A stretch of 64,000 nt of DNA from assembly GCA_050250375.1 (NCBI GenBank), contig JBFWOS010000003.1:739359-803358 (forward strand), in the 5' to 3' direction. Both the position numbers and the translations under genes were made by a program. The stretch comes from Candidatus Omnitrophota bacterium (GTDB lineage Bacteria; Omnitrophota; Gorgyraeia; Zapsychrales; Zapsychraceae). This document shows, piece by piece, positions 27,539 to 36,954 of the stretch. The number at the start of each line of letters is the position of its first letter. The first letter of the stretch is position 1. The notes under the pieces are model-generated. The model was given only the letters and a program-made list of their open reading frames with translations, searched no databases and was not told where the DNA came from.

Positions 27539-29248
27539 TTATACCCTAATTTTTACACATCTTCCGAAAGAATCGAGGACGTCTCTATTATTTAAAACCT
27601 TCATCGCGTCATTAATTAGACAAAAAAGTGGTGCGCTTTCTTTAATATCCAAGGTAAAGATTAATTCATTTTCCTGAAAATCGACTGTCCCGCAAATTTT
27701 ATAAATTTCTATAAGTATATTATTTTCAATGTCATAAGAATCATCTATTTTAAAATAATGACAAATCATGTAAGTTCTTAGAAAGTTATATACCTTCATA
27801 TAAATATCCTTTAAATGACAAAAATCTGCAAGATCTTGTTCTTTTTGCGCATGAGCTGTTAAAATTGACTTTTCAGGTGAAAAATCTACCTTAGACTCAC
27901 CAATTTTTTCCAAATATCGGCTAATAACATAATTATATCCTTCTTTTAGATTTGTAATTATTGCAAATAACGGGGCCAGATTCTCCCCCTTCCAAACTGT
28001 CAAAACTGTTAAATCCCCCTTTAATCCATCTACTTTTTTATTAAAATAGTCCGTTTTTGTTGTAGTATACAAGATTGCCTCTTTGCAACTCCAAACCTTA
28101 AAACATTCTTTAGGTGCCCATTGTGAGGCTTTTGTAATTTTTGTAAAGTTTATATTATTTTCAAAAACACCAAAGGCAAATTTTCTACGAAACTGGGGGA
28201 TAAATGAAAAGCTTGCTAAAATATTATCGGCATCCTTGGTTCCAATTACACAAATTTCTTCTATCTTATAACCGTCTACTCCCTCTAAAGCACCCATTAG
28301 ATCAAAAAAGTCATTTGAGAATATATCTTCAGATAAGTGATCAACCATTATTAGTGGATGCGTATTGTTTATGATGAAATTCGATAATTTGTCCAATGAG
28401 GTTTTCAATGGAAAAAAACTTTTTATAACTGTATCCGCACCAATTAATTCTGTAAGATTTGCGTTTAATTTTATTGCTTTTTTGTTTTCTAGTCTAATTA
28501 AAAAACCACCAACCTGACTTAATAACTGATCTAATTCAAGTTCTAACTTTGAAATCATCGAAAGCCTAGTATTCATTTTTATCTCTTCGTCCAATATTTG
28601 TGTAGTAATGCTCAAATCTTTAATCTGGTCCGTAATAGACAAAAACAAATTTAAATCCCTATTTTCTTGAATTATATCTAAAGCCACATACATAAATACG
28701 GAATTACAAAATTTATCATACACTTCTTTGTTATGATCTGTATTATATGCCTGCATTAATGTCCCCAGGAATCCTTCTTCTAAATTTTCTAAAAATGCTA
28801 ATTTTAAGAAAATTAGTCCTGCATATTTAATATTTATCTGCGAAAGAGAGACATCAACAGCATTTTTAATCAAAACCGCTTTTTGTTCAGTTAAACTAAC
28901 ACCTGAACCTGTTGAATTCTGATTGGACAAAAATTCATTTTTAGTTTTTACAGAATTTGTATCTTTTGGAAGAGGTATCTTGTGTAGCTCTTTTGAGATT
29001 TGCTGTTTCTTCTCAGAGGGTATTTGAAATTTTTTATTCTTTTCTTCAATTTTCTTACTAGGACGTCCCACTGAATTACTTAAATTAGTACTTTTAATGA
29101 TTGAATTTACGGATGATTTCGAAACTTTAATTTTAAATTTCTCAGAAGTCAATTCGGCTAATTCTCTACAACCAAATTTTGGATTATCCCTTTTCTGATC
29201 AATTATAAAATTTATTACATCTTGTTTAAGTTTATGTGTAACGCCCAT
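27539..29248 (-). CDS. HTH-domain protein with a degenerate transposase-like body (569 aa)
   Basis: Start reassigned to ATG 29248 (MGVTHKLKQDV), downstream of a promoter. N-terminal NPKFGCRELAELTSEKFKIKVSKSSVNSII resembles IS-type HTH; internal FAIITNL...ISRYLEK. Confidence 0.55.
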   Translation of the reverse strand: MGVTHKLKQDVINFIIDQKRDNPKFGCRELAELTSEKFKIKVSKSSVNSIIKSTNLSNSVGRPSKKIEEKNKKFQIPSEKKQQISKELHKIPLPKDTNSVKTKNEFLSNQNSTGSGVSLTEQKAVLIKNAVDVSLSQINIKYAGLIFLKLAFLENLEEGFLGTLMQAYNTDHNKEVYDKFCNSVFMYVALDIIQENRDLNLFLSITDQIKDLSITTQILDEEIKMNTRLSMISKLELELDQLLSQVGGFLIRLENKKAIKLNANLTELIGADTVIKSFFPLKTSLDKLSNFIINNTHPLIMVDHLSEDIFSNDFFDLMGALEGVDGYKIEEICVIGTKDADNILASFSFIPQFRRKFAFGVFENNINFTKITKASQWAPKECFKVWSCKEAILYTTTKTDYFNKKVDGLKGDLTVLTVWKGENLAPLFAIITNLKEGYNYVISRYLEKIGESKVDFSPEKSILTAHAQKEQDLADFCHLKDIYMKVYNFLRTYMICHYFKIDDSYDIENNILIEIYKICGTVDFQENELIFTLDIKESAPLFCLINDAMKVLNNRDVLDSFGRCVKIRV

Positions 29249-29282
29249 AATTATTTCAACGTTCCAGATTGGACAAAAACTT

Positions 29283-29311
29283 AGTATAACAAGAGTTTTC
29301 AAGGCGGTCAA
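29283..29311 (-). promoter_or_regulatory. sigma70 promoter for the HTH protein gene
   Basis: Minus strand TTGACC-N17-TATACT. Confidence 0.6.
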
Positions 29312-29315
29312 TGAC

Positions 29316-29657
29316 TTACTGAAAGATAATTTTGTCCCCCAATTCACTTTTTGATATAGAAATGGCTCCAACCGGTAATTCAATCGCAACCGAAGCATTC
29401 CAATAAATCCTACTCATTTGATTAGGTTTTATATTTTTGATTAAACCAACTACTTTCTTTGAATTATTAACAAAAATTACGTCTATTGCAAATTTCATAA
29501 AAAACATATGAATAGAATTACACCGGGTAATAACTAGCGCCTCATTGTTTAAAAGTTGTTCATGTTTCAGCAATCCAATCATTCTGGACAAAAATGTATC
29601 TGCGATTTTTGCTTTGTTTGCAATAACCGTTTTTTTCGAATCATTAAAAATAATCAT
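29316..29657 (-). CDS. DUF192 family protein
   Basis: ADTFLSRMIGLL, SIHMFFMKFAIDVIFV and AIELPVG motifs. Confidence 0.85.
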   Translation of the reverse strand: MIIFNDSKKTVIANKAKIADTFLSRMIGLLKHEQLLNNEALVITRCNSIHMFFMKFAIDVIFVNNSKKVVGLIKNIKPNQMSRIYWNASVAIELPVGAISISKSELGDKIIFQ

Positions 29658-29687
29658 AAATTAGAAGAGATTTATTATGGTTTGATT

Positions 29688-31853
29688 TTATAATTTGGGG
29701 CTATTAAACGCAGACTTGTCGAATTTAATCCCCCTTGTTACGAAGTCATCATAACACTTAGGAATATAACCTGTCGCCTCAAAATCACCTATAATTTTAC
29801 CGTCAGAATCCAAACCTTTTTGCTTAAAAATAAAAACGTCTTGTAATTTCAACTGAAAATCATCGCTTAACCCCAAGGTTTCGCTGATTCCTGTGATCTT
29901 TCTAGAACCATCAGAATAACGATTGATATGTACAATAACTTGAACCGCAGAGGAAATCATTTCATTAATTGCTCTTACTGGCAATTCAATCCCGCTTAAT
30001 AAAATCATTGAATGCATCCGGGTAAGAACATCTCTGGTTGAATTAGCATGAAGCGTTGTCATAGAGCCATCATGCCCCGTGTTCATGGCCTGAAGCATAT
30101 CCAAAACCTCCGCTCCGCGGCACTCTCCAACGACTATTCGATCCGGCCGCATTCTCAGACAATTTATGAACAAATCCCTAATAGTAACCTGCCCTTTCCC
30201 CTCAACGTTTGAAGGACGAGACTCTAACCTTCCCCAATGACTCTTTTTTAGCTTTAACTCGGCAGCATCTTCTATCGTTATAATTCTTTCATCATCTGGA
30301 ATAAACTCCGAAACAACATTTAATAGGGTCGTTTTTCCTGCCCCTGTACCGCCCGACACAATTATATTTTTTCTAGATATTACACTAGCTTGTAAAAATT
30401 CCGCCATTGGTTTAGTCAGACTATGGTATTTGTTTATAAGATCTGATGCTTCCAACCTTTCTTGGCCAAACTTTCGAATGGTGATCATCGGCCCCGCAAG
30501 AGAAAGCGGAGGAATTATCGCATTAATACGCGAACCATCTTGTAATCGCGCATCAACCATTGGAGTAGATTCATCAATCCGGCGGCCAAGTGGAGCGACA
30601 ATACGATCTATGATGGATCGCATTTTCTCATTTGAAACAAATTTTTTATTAGTAAAAATCAATTTTCCATTCTTTTCTACATATATCTCATCCTTATTAT
30701 TTGCCATAATATCCGTAACATCCGGATCTGCCAAAAAATCCTCCAACGGACCCAACCCCAACGCTTCATTGACAATATCGCGCACTATTCTAGTTCGATC
30801 CTCTTGGTTTGTAATTTTTCCTCCCGCTTCATCCAATAAAAGTGTTAATACAACCTGTTCGGCGCTTTTTTTAATCCTTTCAGCCGATTCAGGGTCGGCC
30901 AAAGCATCTGTAGAAATCCCGTCTAAATTCAACCGTTCCACTAATTTTTCATGTATTCGTTTTTTTAAAATAATCGTTTCATCTTCTTCAGACACATATT
31001 GATTAACTGAGGAACCCCATGTGTGTTGAGAAACACCAAATTTTTTCCAGAAAGATCCTGGTGAAAATATTCCTTCCATGGATCGCGCTTTGCCTATATC
31101 GCCTGTTTGTATATAGATCGAATCTTTTTTAAGGGCTACCGCGATTTTAAAAAACGCATCTGAAACAGGGCTTTTAGGATTATCCAGTACACATGGAATG
31201 CCACTATTTAATGCCATTCCAACCGTTTTTCCATCTGACGGAACATGACCAAATATTTCGACTTGTATGGCTGATCTTATTTCTTGCCAAGCAACACTTC
31301 CTCGGCTTTCGGAACGATTAAGAATTAATTTAATCATTGTAAGGGGATAATGCAGGCTCTGAAAAATTTCCAAACACCATTTTATCTGATAAACGGATAA
31401 AATATCCGGAGTTCCAACCAATAAAATCAAATTAGTAAAATCGAGTGCAGAAATAAGAATTTCACTAAACGACCGTCCAGCATCAATAATGATATATTCA
31501 TATCGATCTTTCGCAACTTGTAGAAAAGGCTTTATGTTGTCCGGAGTTATATAACCAATTTGTTTATTATTCTTTACGGCGGGAATGAAGTGGAGACCAC
31601 ATTGATGCTTGGTGGCATGTTGTTCTATTTCTAAAGCTTCTCCCCCTTGTTGTAAAAGAGGAATAATATCGACGATCGAATTTCGAATGGTCAAATTCAA
31701 CATGCGGGACATATCTTGACCCGCTTGAAAATCCAGATCAATCAATAATACTTTGTTATCAGATTTGCTTAGAGCGGCGGCAAGATTAACGGCGGCTAAT
31801 GTTTTTCCTACTCCTCCCTTACTGCTAAATATCGTAATAACTTTACAGTCCAT
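29688..31853 (-). CDS. tadA: Fusion of a CpaE/TadZ (MinD/ParA-like) domain and the TadA/CpaF pilus ATPase
   Basis: N-terminal SSKGGVGKT...LIDLD; C-terminal GLGPLE, RRIDESTPMVDARL, GGTGAGKT, LRMRPDRIVVGECRG, AMNTGHDGSMTTLHAN. Confidence 0.93.
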   Translation of the reverse strand: MDCKVITIFSSKGGVGKTLAAVNLAAALSKSDNKVLLIDLDFQAGQDMSRMLNLTIRNSIVDIIPLLQQGGEALEIEQHATKHQCGLHFIPAVKNNKQIGYITPDNIKPFLQVAKDRYEYIIIDAGRSFSEILISALDFTNLILLVGTPDILSVYQIKWCLEIFQSLHYPLTMIKLILNRSESRGSVAWQEIRSAIQVEIFGHVPSDGKTVGMALNSGIPCVLDNPKSPVSDAFFKIAVALKKDSIYIQTGDIGKARSMEGIFSPGSFWKKFGVSQHTWGSSVNQYVSEEDETIILKKRIHEKLVERLNLDGISTDALADPESAERIKKSAEQVVLTLLLDEAGGKITNQEDRTRIVRDIVNEALGLGPLEDFLADPDVTDIMANNKDEIYVEKNGKLIFTNKKFVSNEKMRSIIDRIVAPLGRRIDESTPMVDARLQDGSRINAIIPPLSLAGPMITIRKFGQERLEASDLINKYHSLTKPMAEFLQASVISRKNIIVSGGTGAGKTTLLNVVSEFIPDDERIITIEDAAELKLKKSHWGRLESRPSNVEGKGQVTIRDLFINCLRMRPDRIVVGECRGAEVLDMLQAMNTGHDGSMTTLHANSTRDVLTRMHSMILLSGIELPVRAINEMISSAVQVIVHINRYSDGSRKITGISETLGLSDDFQLKLQDVFIFKQKGLDSDGKIIGDFEATGYIPKCYDDFVTRGIKFDKSAFNSPKL

Positions 31854-31913
31854 ACCTTACTTTCAAAAATAAACAATTGAATTAAAATATTGAAAAGGTA
31901 TTATATCCCGCTG

Positions 31914-33590
31914 TTAGTTTCTTTGCAAACTATAAACAATTGGAATTGTAATATTTAATTCCTGCAGGTCGGTATCCGTAGGAAAACCTTCGTAAGGCGC
32001 ACTATTTTTCGCTGTATTTAGTGCGTAATCGTCAAAAATTTCATGTCCAGAGGATTCTTTGACTAAAGCATACGCCAAAGTTCCATCATTAAGAATGTGC
32101 AACCCTAACTTTACTGTTCCTTCCCAACCATACTCTTTAGCCTCGCTCGGATAAACCACCTGCTGTGAAATTTTCTTTTGAACTGCCCGCACATAATCCT
32201 TCATTTCATCCGGAATCATAATCGCCGTTTGTGCAGCCGGTTTATCTTGTGATAAAACTCTTGATGTCCTTGGGATCGAAGTTTGTTCTTTTTGTGTTTT
32301 TTCTTTGGCTGTCAATGGATTTAACCCTGTATCAATTCTATGCGGAGTCATTGAAATGACAACTTCCGTGTCTTGATCAGGAGTTGGGTTTGATCTTGAT
32401 CTAAACACTAATCCTAATATGGGAATGTTTCCAAGATAAGGAACCTTTTTGATAAGCTCCCCATGGCGTTGTTGAATTAATCCAGCAAGAACTATCGTTT
32501 GCCCGTCATCCAAAAACAACTGCGTGCTTGCGCTTCGAGTAACAAAAGCCACATCATCGCCAACTGCATTAGATGCGTCAACATCACTAATCTCTAAATT
32601 CATGAGTACATCTATTTTATTTTTTCGAATTGTCGGAGTAATAGTCATCCCAACCCCATATTCTTTAAATTCCACATTTTCCTGTGTGGAAGTACCCGAA
32701 GATGTTGTTGTTCTAATAGGAATTTCGCCACCCACTAAGAAGCTGGCCTCTTCTCCGCTTAGAACTACAAGCTTGGGTTGAGAAAGTACGCGCCCCATCC
32801 CTTCTTCAAGCAGCGCATTGACAGTTGCAATTAATGCAGAAGTTCGGCGAAAATCACCAATTTTAAAAAAATCTCCGATCGAACCATCAAAATCTGGAAG
32901 GTCTTCCCCATAATCAATATTTATTCCAGCGCCACTTCCTGTGTCCCCCTGCCCTCCAGCAGAAGCCCAGTCAATCCCCATACTTTTGGTCAAAGTCGTA
33001 TTTAGTTCTGTAATCTGCACATCTATTTGAATTAAATCTTCAATGTCTTGCTGTTCAACTAGACTGATTATATGGTCATCAAAATTTATGACAATATCCT
33101 CAAATATAGGTTCTTTATACTCGGGAACCGTGCCAGTAAGCACGACCCTTCCTTCATTCTTATTCACGGTTAAATACACATGATACAGTTCTGCATCATT
33201 AAGAAGCTTTTGAATCCTATTTTTAATAACATTTAATTCGGCCCCGGAAACATTAATCATGATAACACGCTTTCCATGTTCATCCCAAATAAAGAGCGGG
33301 GTTTGCCCTACATTTTTAGCAATAAGAAGAACCTCTTGGTCATCGGCATCAACAACATCAGCAATTTCAGGATCCGTCATAGAAAGACGCGTTAACGAAT
33401 AGACTTTCAGTTGGGTTAACTCACCCAACACCATATTAACTTCATCAATATAAATGGTGTCTATCACTTCTTCCGACGAATTAGATGTTTTAGCAAAAGA
33501 TTTTTGTGGAGCCCACGTGCAAACACCTATTACGATTATCACAAATGAAAGAAATAAATTTTTCTTGAAGCAACTCATCGTTGTTTTCAT
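31914..33590 (-). CDS. rcpA: RcpA/CpaC secretin with a C-terminal TonB_C domain
   Basis: Signal peptide; pilus-formation N domain; secretin motifs LSGEEASFLVGGEIPI and KVPYLGNIPILGLVFRS; C-terminal YPSEAKEYGWEGTV...ESSGHEIFD. Confidence 0.88.
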   Translation of the reverse strand: MKTTMSCFKKNLFLSFVIIVIGVCTWAPQKSFAKTSNSSEEVIDTIYIDEVNMVLGELTQLKVYSLTRLSMTDPEIADVVDADDQEVLLIAKNVGQTPLFIWDEHGKRVIMINVSGAELNVIKNRIQKLLNDAELYHVYLTVNKNEGRVVLTGTVPEYKEPIFEDIVINFDDHIISLVEQQDIEDLIQIDVQITELNTTLTKSMGIDWASAGGQGDTGSGAGINIDYGEDLPDFDGSIGDFFKIGDFRRTSALIATVNALLEEGMGRVLSQPKLVVLSGEEASFLVGGEIPIRTTTSSGTSTQENVEFKEYGVGMTITPTIRKNKIDVLMNLEISDVDASNAVGDDVAFVTRSASTQLFLDDGQTIVLAGLIQQRHGELIKKVPYLGNIPILGLVFRSRSNPTPDQDTEVVISMTPHRIDTGLNPLTAKEKTQKEQTSIPRTSRVLSQDKPAAQTAIMIPDEMKDYVRAVQKKISQQVVYPSEAKEYGWEGTVKLGLHILNDGTLAYALVKESSGHEIFDDYALNTAKNSAPYEGFPTDTDLQELNITIPIVYSLQRN

Positions 33591-33592
33591 AT

Positions 33593-34474
33593 TTATAGCT
33601 CCCTACCTCCCCGAAAGATTTCAACAAAAGGCGCGTCATCTGCTTCAACCTCTTCGGTTTCAACAACTTCATTTTGTTTTTGTTGTTTTTTTGCTTTAGG
33701 TAAATTTAATTCTGTTCCTTGCTTATCCAAAACATAATCCGATAAAGAGTCCCAGGCCGCAACTTGTAGTGCTTTTGTATCTTTCTCGGCAGGAGATCGT
33801 AAGGCTAATTTCAACTGTCCGTATTTTTGAGCAAATGTAATAAGACCAACTTCTTCCGGGGCAATCGCCAAAGTAATATCCAAGGAACGGGACTTTTGTT
33901 GCTGTTGATAAATAAGAGCACTTCCTACTGGTTTAAAATTAGAATTAACAGCTAATACCTGTATGTTTTGGAACAATACAGAGGTTACCTGCATAGGCTT
34001 TTCTTTTGGGTCTTGCGGATAAGGCACTTCAAGATCCGCAAGTATATCGACAAAATCTCCGGGATTAATCAATCCACCGACAGCTGATAATGCATCAATC
34101 ATAATCGTCATAGCGCGTTTTCCTGGGGGAGTAATCGAAGCAAATACCGTACTATCAACTATTTGTGTAGGAACGCCTGTTGTTGATTTAACTGCTCCGC
34201 CTTTGGGCAGATTTGCTAGTTGTTGCGCTAAAGCTTGTTGCTGCTGTTGCGCCATAGTCTGCATTTGTTTTTGTAACTCCCTATTCTTTATTTCCATTTC
34301 CTTTCTAAGCGCCGCCGTTTGAGCTGCGGCCTTTTTTTCATAATCTAAGGCCAAAGCTTTTGTTTGTGATTCAATACTGGTCTTAACATATTGGCTCATT
34401 AAGAATGCCGCCACGAGCCCCAACCCAACAGCTAAAAGAATAGTGGCAAATTGTTTTTTATTCTCAATATTCAT
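33593..34474 (-). CDS. cpaB: Flp pilus assembly protein CpaB/RcpC
   Basis: N-terminal TM; PGKRAMTI...AVGGLINPGDFVDIL, LFQNIQVLAV, GQLKLALR. Confidence 0.9.
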   Translation of the reverse strand: MNIENKKQFATILLAVGLGLVAAFLMSQYVKTSIESQTKALALDYEKKAAAQTAALRKEMEIKNRELQKQMQTMAQQQQQALAQQLANLPKGGAVKSTTGVPTQIVDSTVFASITPPGKRAMTIMIDALSAVGGLINPGDFVDILADLEVPYPQDPKEKPMQVTSVLFQNIQVLAVNSNFKPVGSALIYQQQQKSRSLDITLAIAPEEVGLITFAQKYGQLKLALRSPAEKDTKALQVAAWDSLSDYVLDKQGTELNLPKAKKQQKQNEVVETEEVEADDAPFVEIFRGGREL

Positions 34475-34489
34475 AATTTCTCACCTCAA

Positions 34490-35440
34490 TTAATTTAATA
34501 ATTCTTCTCTAACCTCAACGGGTATTTGTTTACGAATCTGGTCAATATGCCCCAATATCGCTTCCTGCTGTTTTAATAAAGTCTGCGATTGAATAATTTC
34601 ATTTTTAATTTCATCAAAAGGAATAACCTGCCCATCCTTAATTTCCTCTAACTTTATCACATAGAACCCATTTGGCCCTTTAAATACATTACTTGTTTCT
34701 CCTGCTTTAAGTGCCAAAATTTCAGTTGCCATTTCTGGAAAAGGTTCCTGGGTAATGTATCCCAAATCTCCCCCTTTTGAAGCTGAGGTGCTAATGGAGT
34801 TAAGTTTTGCTAATTCAGAAAAATCGGACCCCTTAAGAACTTCCACCAATATTTCATTTGCCTTAATTTGATCTTTTAGAACAATTTCCCTTACCCTGTA
34901 TTGTGGAGGATCAACCAACTGATCCTTTTTCTCAATATAAAAATTCTGAGCGTCTTGATCTGTCACAACTATTTTCTCAACAAGATTTTTCGCAGCCTCT
35001 CTAACGATTAGGGTTCGTCTAAACTCCTCAACAGCGGCTAAAATGTCTTTATTTTTATCCAAACCGGTCTTTTCGGCTTCTTCAACTAATAATTGTTGAC
35101 GTACAAGCTCATCCAAAACTAACTTTTTTGCATCAATATTTGTAATATCAAATTCAGGGATAACTTCCTTTAAGGCCGATAGCCGTTCATTAAATTCCTC
35201 AATTGTTATTGTCCATCCACCTACCCGAGCTAATTCGTTTCCTGAAAGTGGCTTAGCTTGTGTTGACACTGATGTTTTCGGCGTTTGTTGTGAAGTTGTC
35301 TGAGATGCTTCCTTGGGAACGGCTGATTGCTTTTTGTCATTATCTAAATCACTCTTCTTGGAAGGCGTCATATCACATCCGGAAATACTTAAAACTACAA
35401 GACTGAATAAAACAAAATTTTGACATGAACTGGATTTCAA
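34490..35440 (-). CDS. PpiC/parvulin-type peptidyl-prolyl isomerase lipoprotein (SurA/PrsA-like)
   Basis: Lipobox-like LSISGC; FSELAKLNS...SASKGGDLGYI. Confidence 0.85.
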   Translation of the reverse strand: MKSSSCQNFVLFSLVVLSISGCDMTPSKKSDLDNDKKQSAVPKEASQTTSQQTPKTSVSTQAKPLSGNELARVGGWTITIEEFNERLSALKEVIPEFDITNIDAKKLVLDELVRQQLLVEEAEKTGLDKNKDILAAVEEFRRTLIVREAAKNLVEKIVVTDQDAQNFYIEKKDQLVDPPQYRVREIVLKDQIKANEILVEVLKGSDFSELAKLNSISTSASKGGDLGYITQEPFPEMATEILALKAGETSNVFKGPNGFYVIKLEEIKDGQVIPFDEIKNEIIQSQTLLKQQEAILGHIDQIRKQIPVEVREELLN

Positions 35441-35479
35441 TGGTATCTCCTAACTATTAATTTAAATTTAGGTTCACTA

Positions 35480-35508
35480 AGTATATCCTTTAACCTTCGA
35501 ACTGACAA
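35480..35508 (-). promoter_or_regulatory. sigma70 promoter for the PPIase-cpaB-rcpA-tadA block
   Basis: Minus strand TTGTCA-N17-TATACT. Confidence 0.6.
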
Positions 35509-35679
35509 GGCATTTAAAGCACAAGAGTAAAGAAAAACAAAATATTACAGTTTTTTCACAACATTTTCTTTTACTTGCCTAATTATTGGGCAACATTAAC
35601 AATGATATCATATAAACTCACTGAATCAAATTTTTTTTGTTTTTTTTTAACTTGTTTCAAATATTATAGTTATGCATGA

Positions 35680-36663
35680 TTAAACCATGCTTTTTACGGC
35701 ATCTTTTTCTTCCTGCAGTTCCTTATAGGTAATATTAATTTTATCTTGTGCAAATTCATTATGTTGAATTCCCTGAACAATTTTCCATTTTTCCCCATCT
35801 GATTGAATGGGAAACCCAAAAATAAGTCCCTTTTCAATTTCATAGCTTCCATCAGAACTTACAGCGACGGAAAAAAATTGATTTTGTGGAGTGGGCGTGA
35901 TTAGATTTTTTACAGTATCAACCACAGCATTGGCGGCCGACGCCGCTGAAGACATACCCCTTGTTTTAATAATTTCAGCTCCCCGCTTCTGAATCGTTTC
36001 TATAAATGTTGACTTTAACCAACTTTCATCAGTTATAACTTCCGGTATAGCCCGTTTATTGATTGAACCATGATAAAAATCTGGAAATTGTGTCGAAGAA
36101 TGATTTCCCCAAACAGCAATATTTTCAATATTACCTACATCTGTACACGCTTTTTTAGCAATTTGAGCAAATGCTCTATTCTGATCCAACATTGTCATGG
36201 CAAAAAAATTTTCGCTTGGCAAATTAGGGCAAAATTTTTTAGCTATATAAGCATTTGTATTACAAGGATTTCCAACGACAAGAACTTTGCAATTCTTATT
36301 GGCGTGATCGGAAATAGCTTTGCCCTGAATGGTGAATATCTCTCCATTAATCCTCAGTAAATCGCTTCTTTCCATTCCAGCCTTTCTAGGTACACTTCCG
36401 ATCAGCAAAGTCCAATCAGCATCTTTAAAAGCGACATTGGGATCCGATGTTTGAATTATTGATTTTAGTAGTGGAAACGCGCAATCTTCCAACTCCATGC
36501 ATACACCTTTTAAGGCCGGCAATGCGACTTCCAACTCCAATAAATTTAAATGAATATTCGTAGTTTTCCCAAACATTTGTCCTGAAGCAATGCGAAATAA
36601 TACCGCATAACCAATTTGACCCGCCGCCCCTGTGACGGCAACACGTACAGTTTTATTTGACAT
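35680..36663 (-). CDS. mdh: Malate dehydrogenase (MDH type 2)
   Basis: [42 protein letters not shown]; ATG at 36663 preferred as start. Confidence 0.95.
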   Translation of the reverse strand: MSNKTVRVAVTGAAGQIGYAVLFRIASGQMFGKTTNIHLNLLELEVALPALKGVCMELEDCAFPLLKSIIQTSDPNVAFKDADWTLLIGSVPRKAGMERSDLLRINGEIFTIQGKAISDHANKNCKVLVVGNPCNTNAYIAKKFCPNLPSENFFAMTMLDQNRAFAQIAKKACTDVGNIENIAVWGNHSSTQFPDFYHGSINKRAIPEVITDESWLKSTFIETIQKRGAEIIKTRGMSSAASAANAVVDTVKNLITPTPQNQFFSVAVSSDGSYEIEKGLIFGFPIQSDGEKWKIVQGIQHNEFAQDKINITYKELQEEKDAVKSMV

Positions 36664-36712
36664 AGTTTCTCCCAATATCCTTTAAGATAATTGTATTTCT
36701 AGATTTTATTTA

Positions 36713-36931
36713 TTAATTAATGGTACCAATATCATTGAAGATATCCGTGGCGGTTAGATTCATTGATGTAATAGTTAATTCAACAGCTTGATTGACAGAT
36801 GTGGCAAACATTCCACCAGGGCGAGTAAAAATAACAATCACAGCAAGAACAGCTCCCATCATCATCAAATATTCAGCTAAACTCTGGGCAGTTTCGCATG
36901 AATTTTGTTTTTGATTGCGTTTTAACATCAT
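36713..36931 (-). CDS. Orphan Flp-type pilin
   Basis: ETAQSLAEY, hydrophobic helix, RPGGMF (similar to GPGGIF in 26692-26913). Confidence 0.7.
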   Translation of the reverse strand: MMLKRNQKQNSCETAQSLAEYLMMMGAVLAVIVIFTRPGGMFATSVNQAVELTITSMNLTATDIFNDIGTIN

Positions 36932-36954
36932 CTTCTCCTATACATCCTGATTCG

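Noticed and set aside
27539-29248. Active insertion sequence
   Set aside because: No terminal inverted repeats, target duplication or clear DDE triad seen; kept only as a possibly domesticated gene.
29249-29398. Upstream extension of the 619-aa ORF
   Set aside because: It overlaps the DUF192 gene and a promoter; ATG 29248 is the plausible start.
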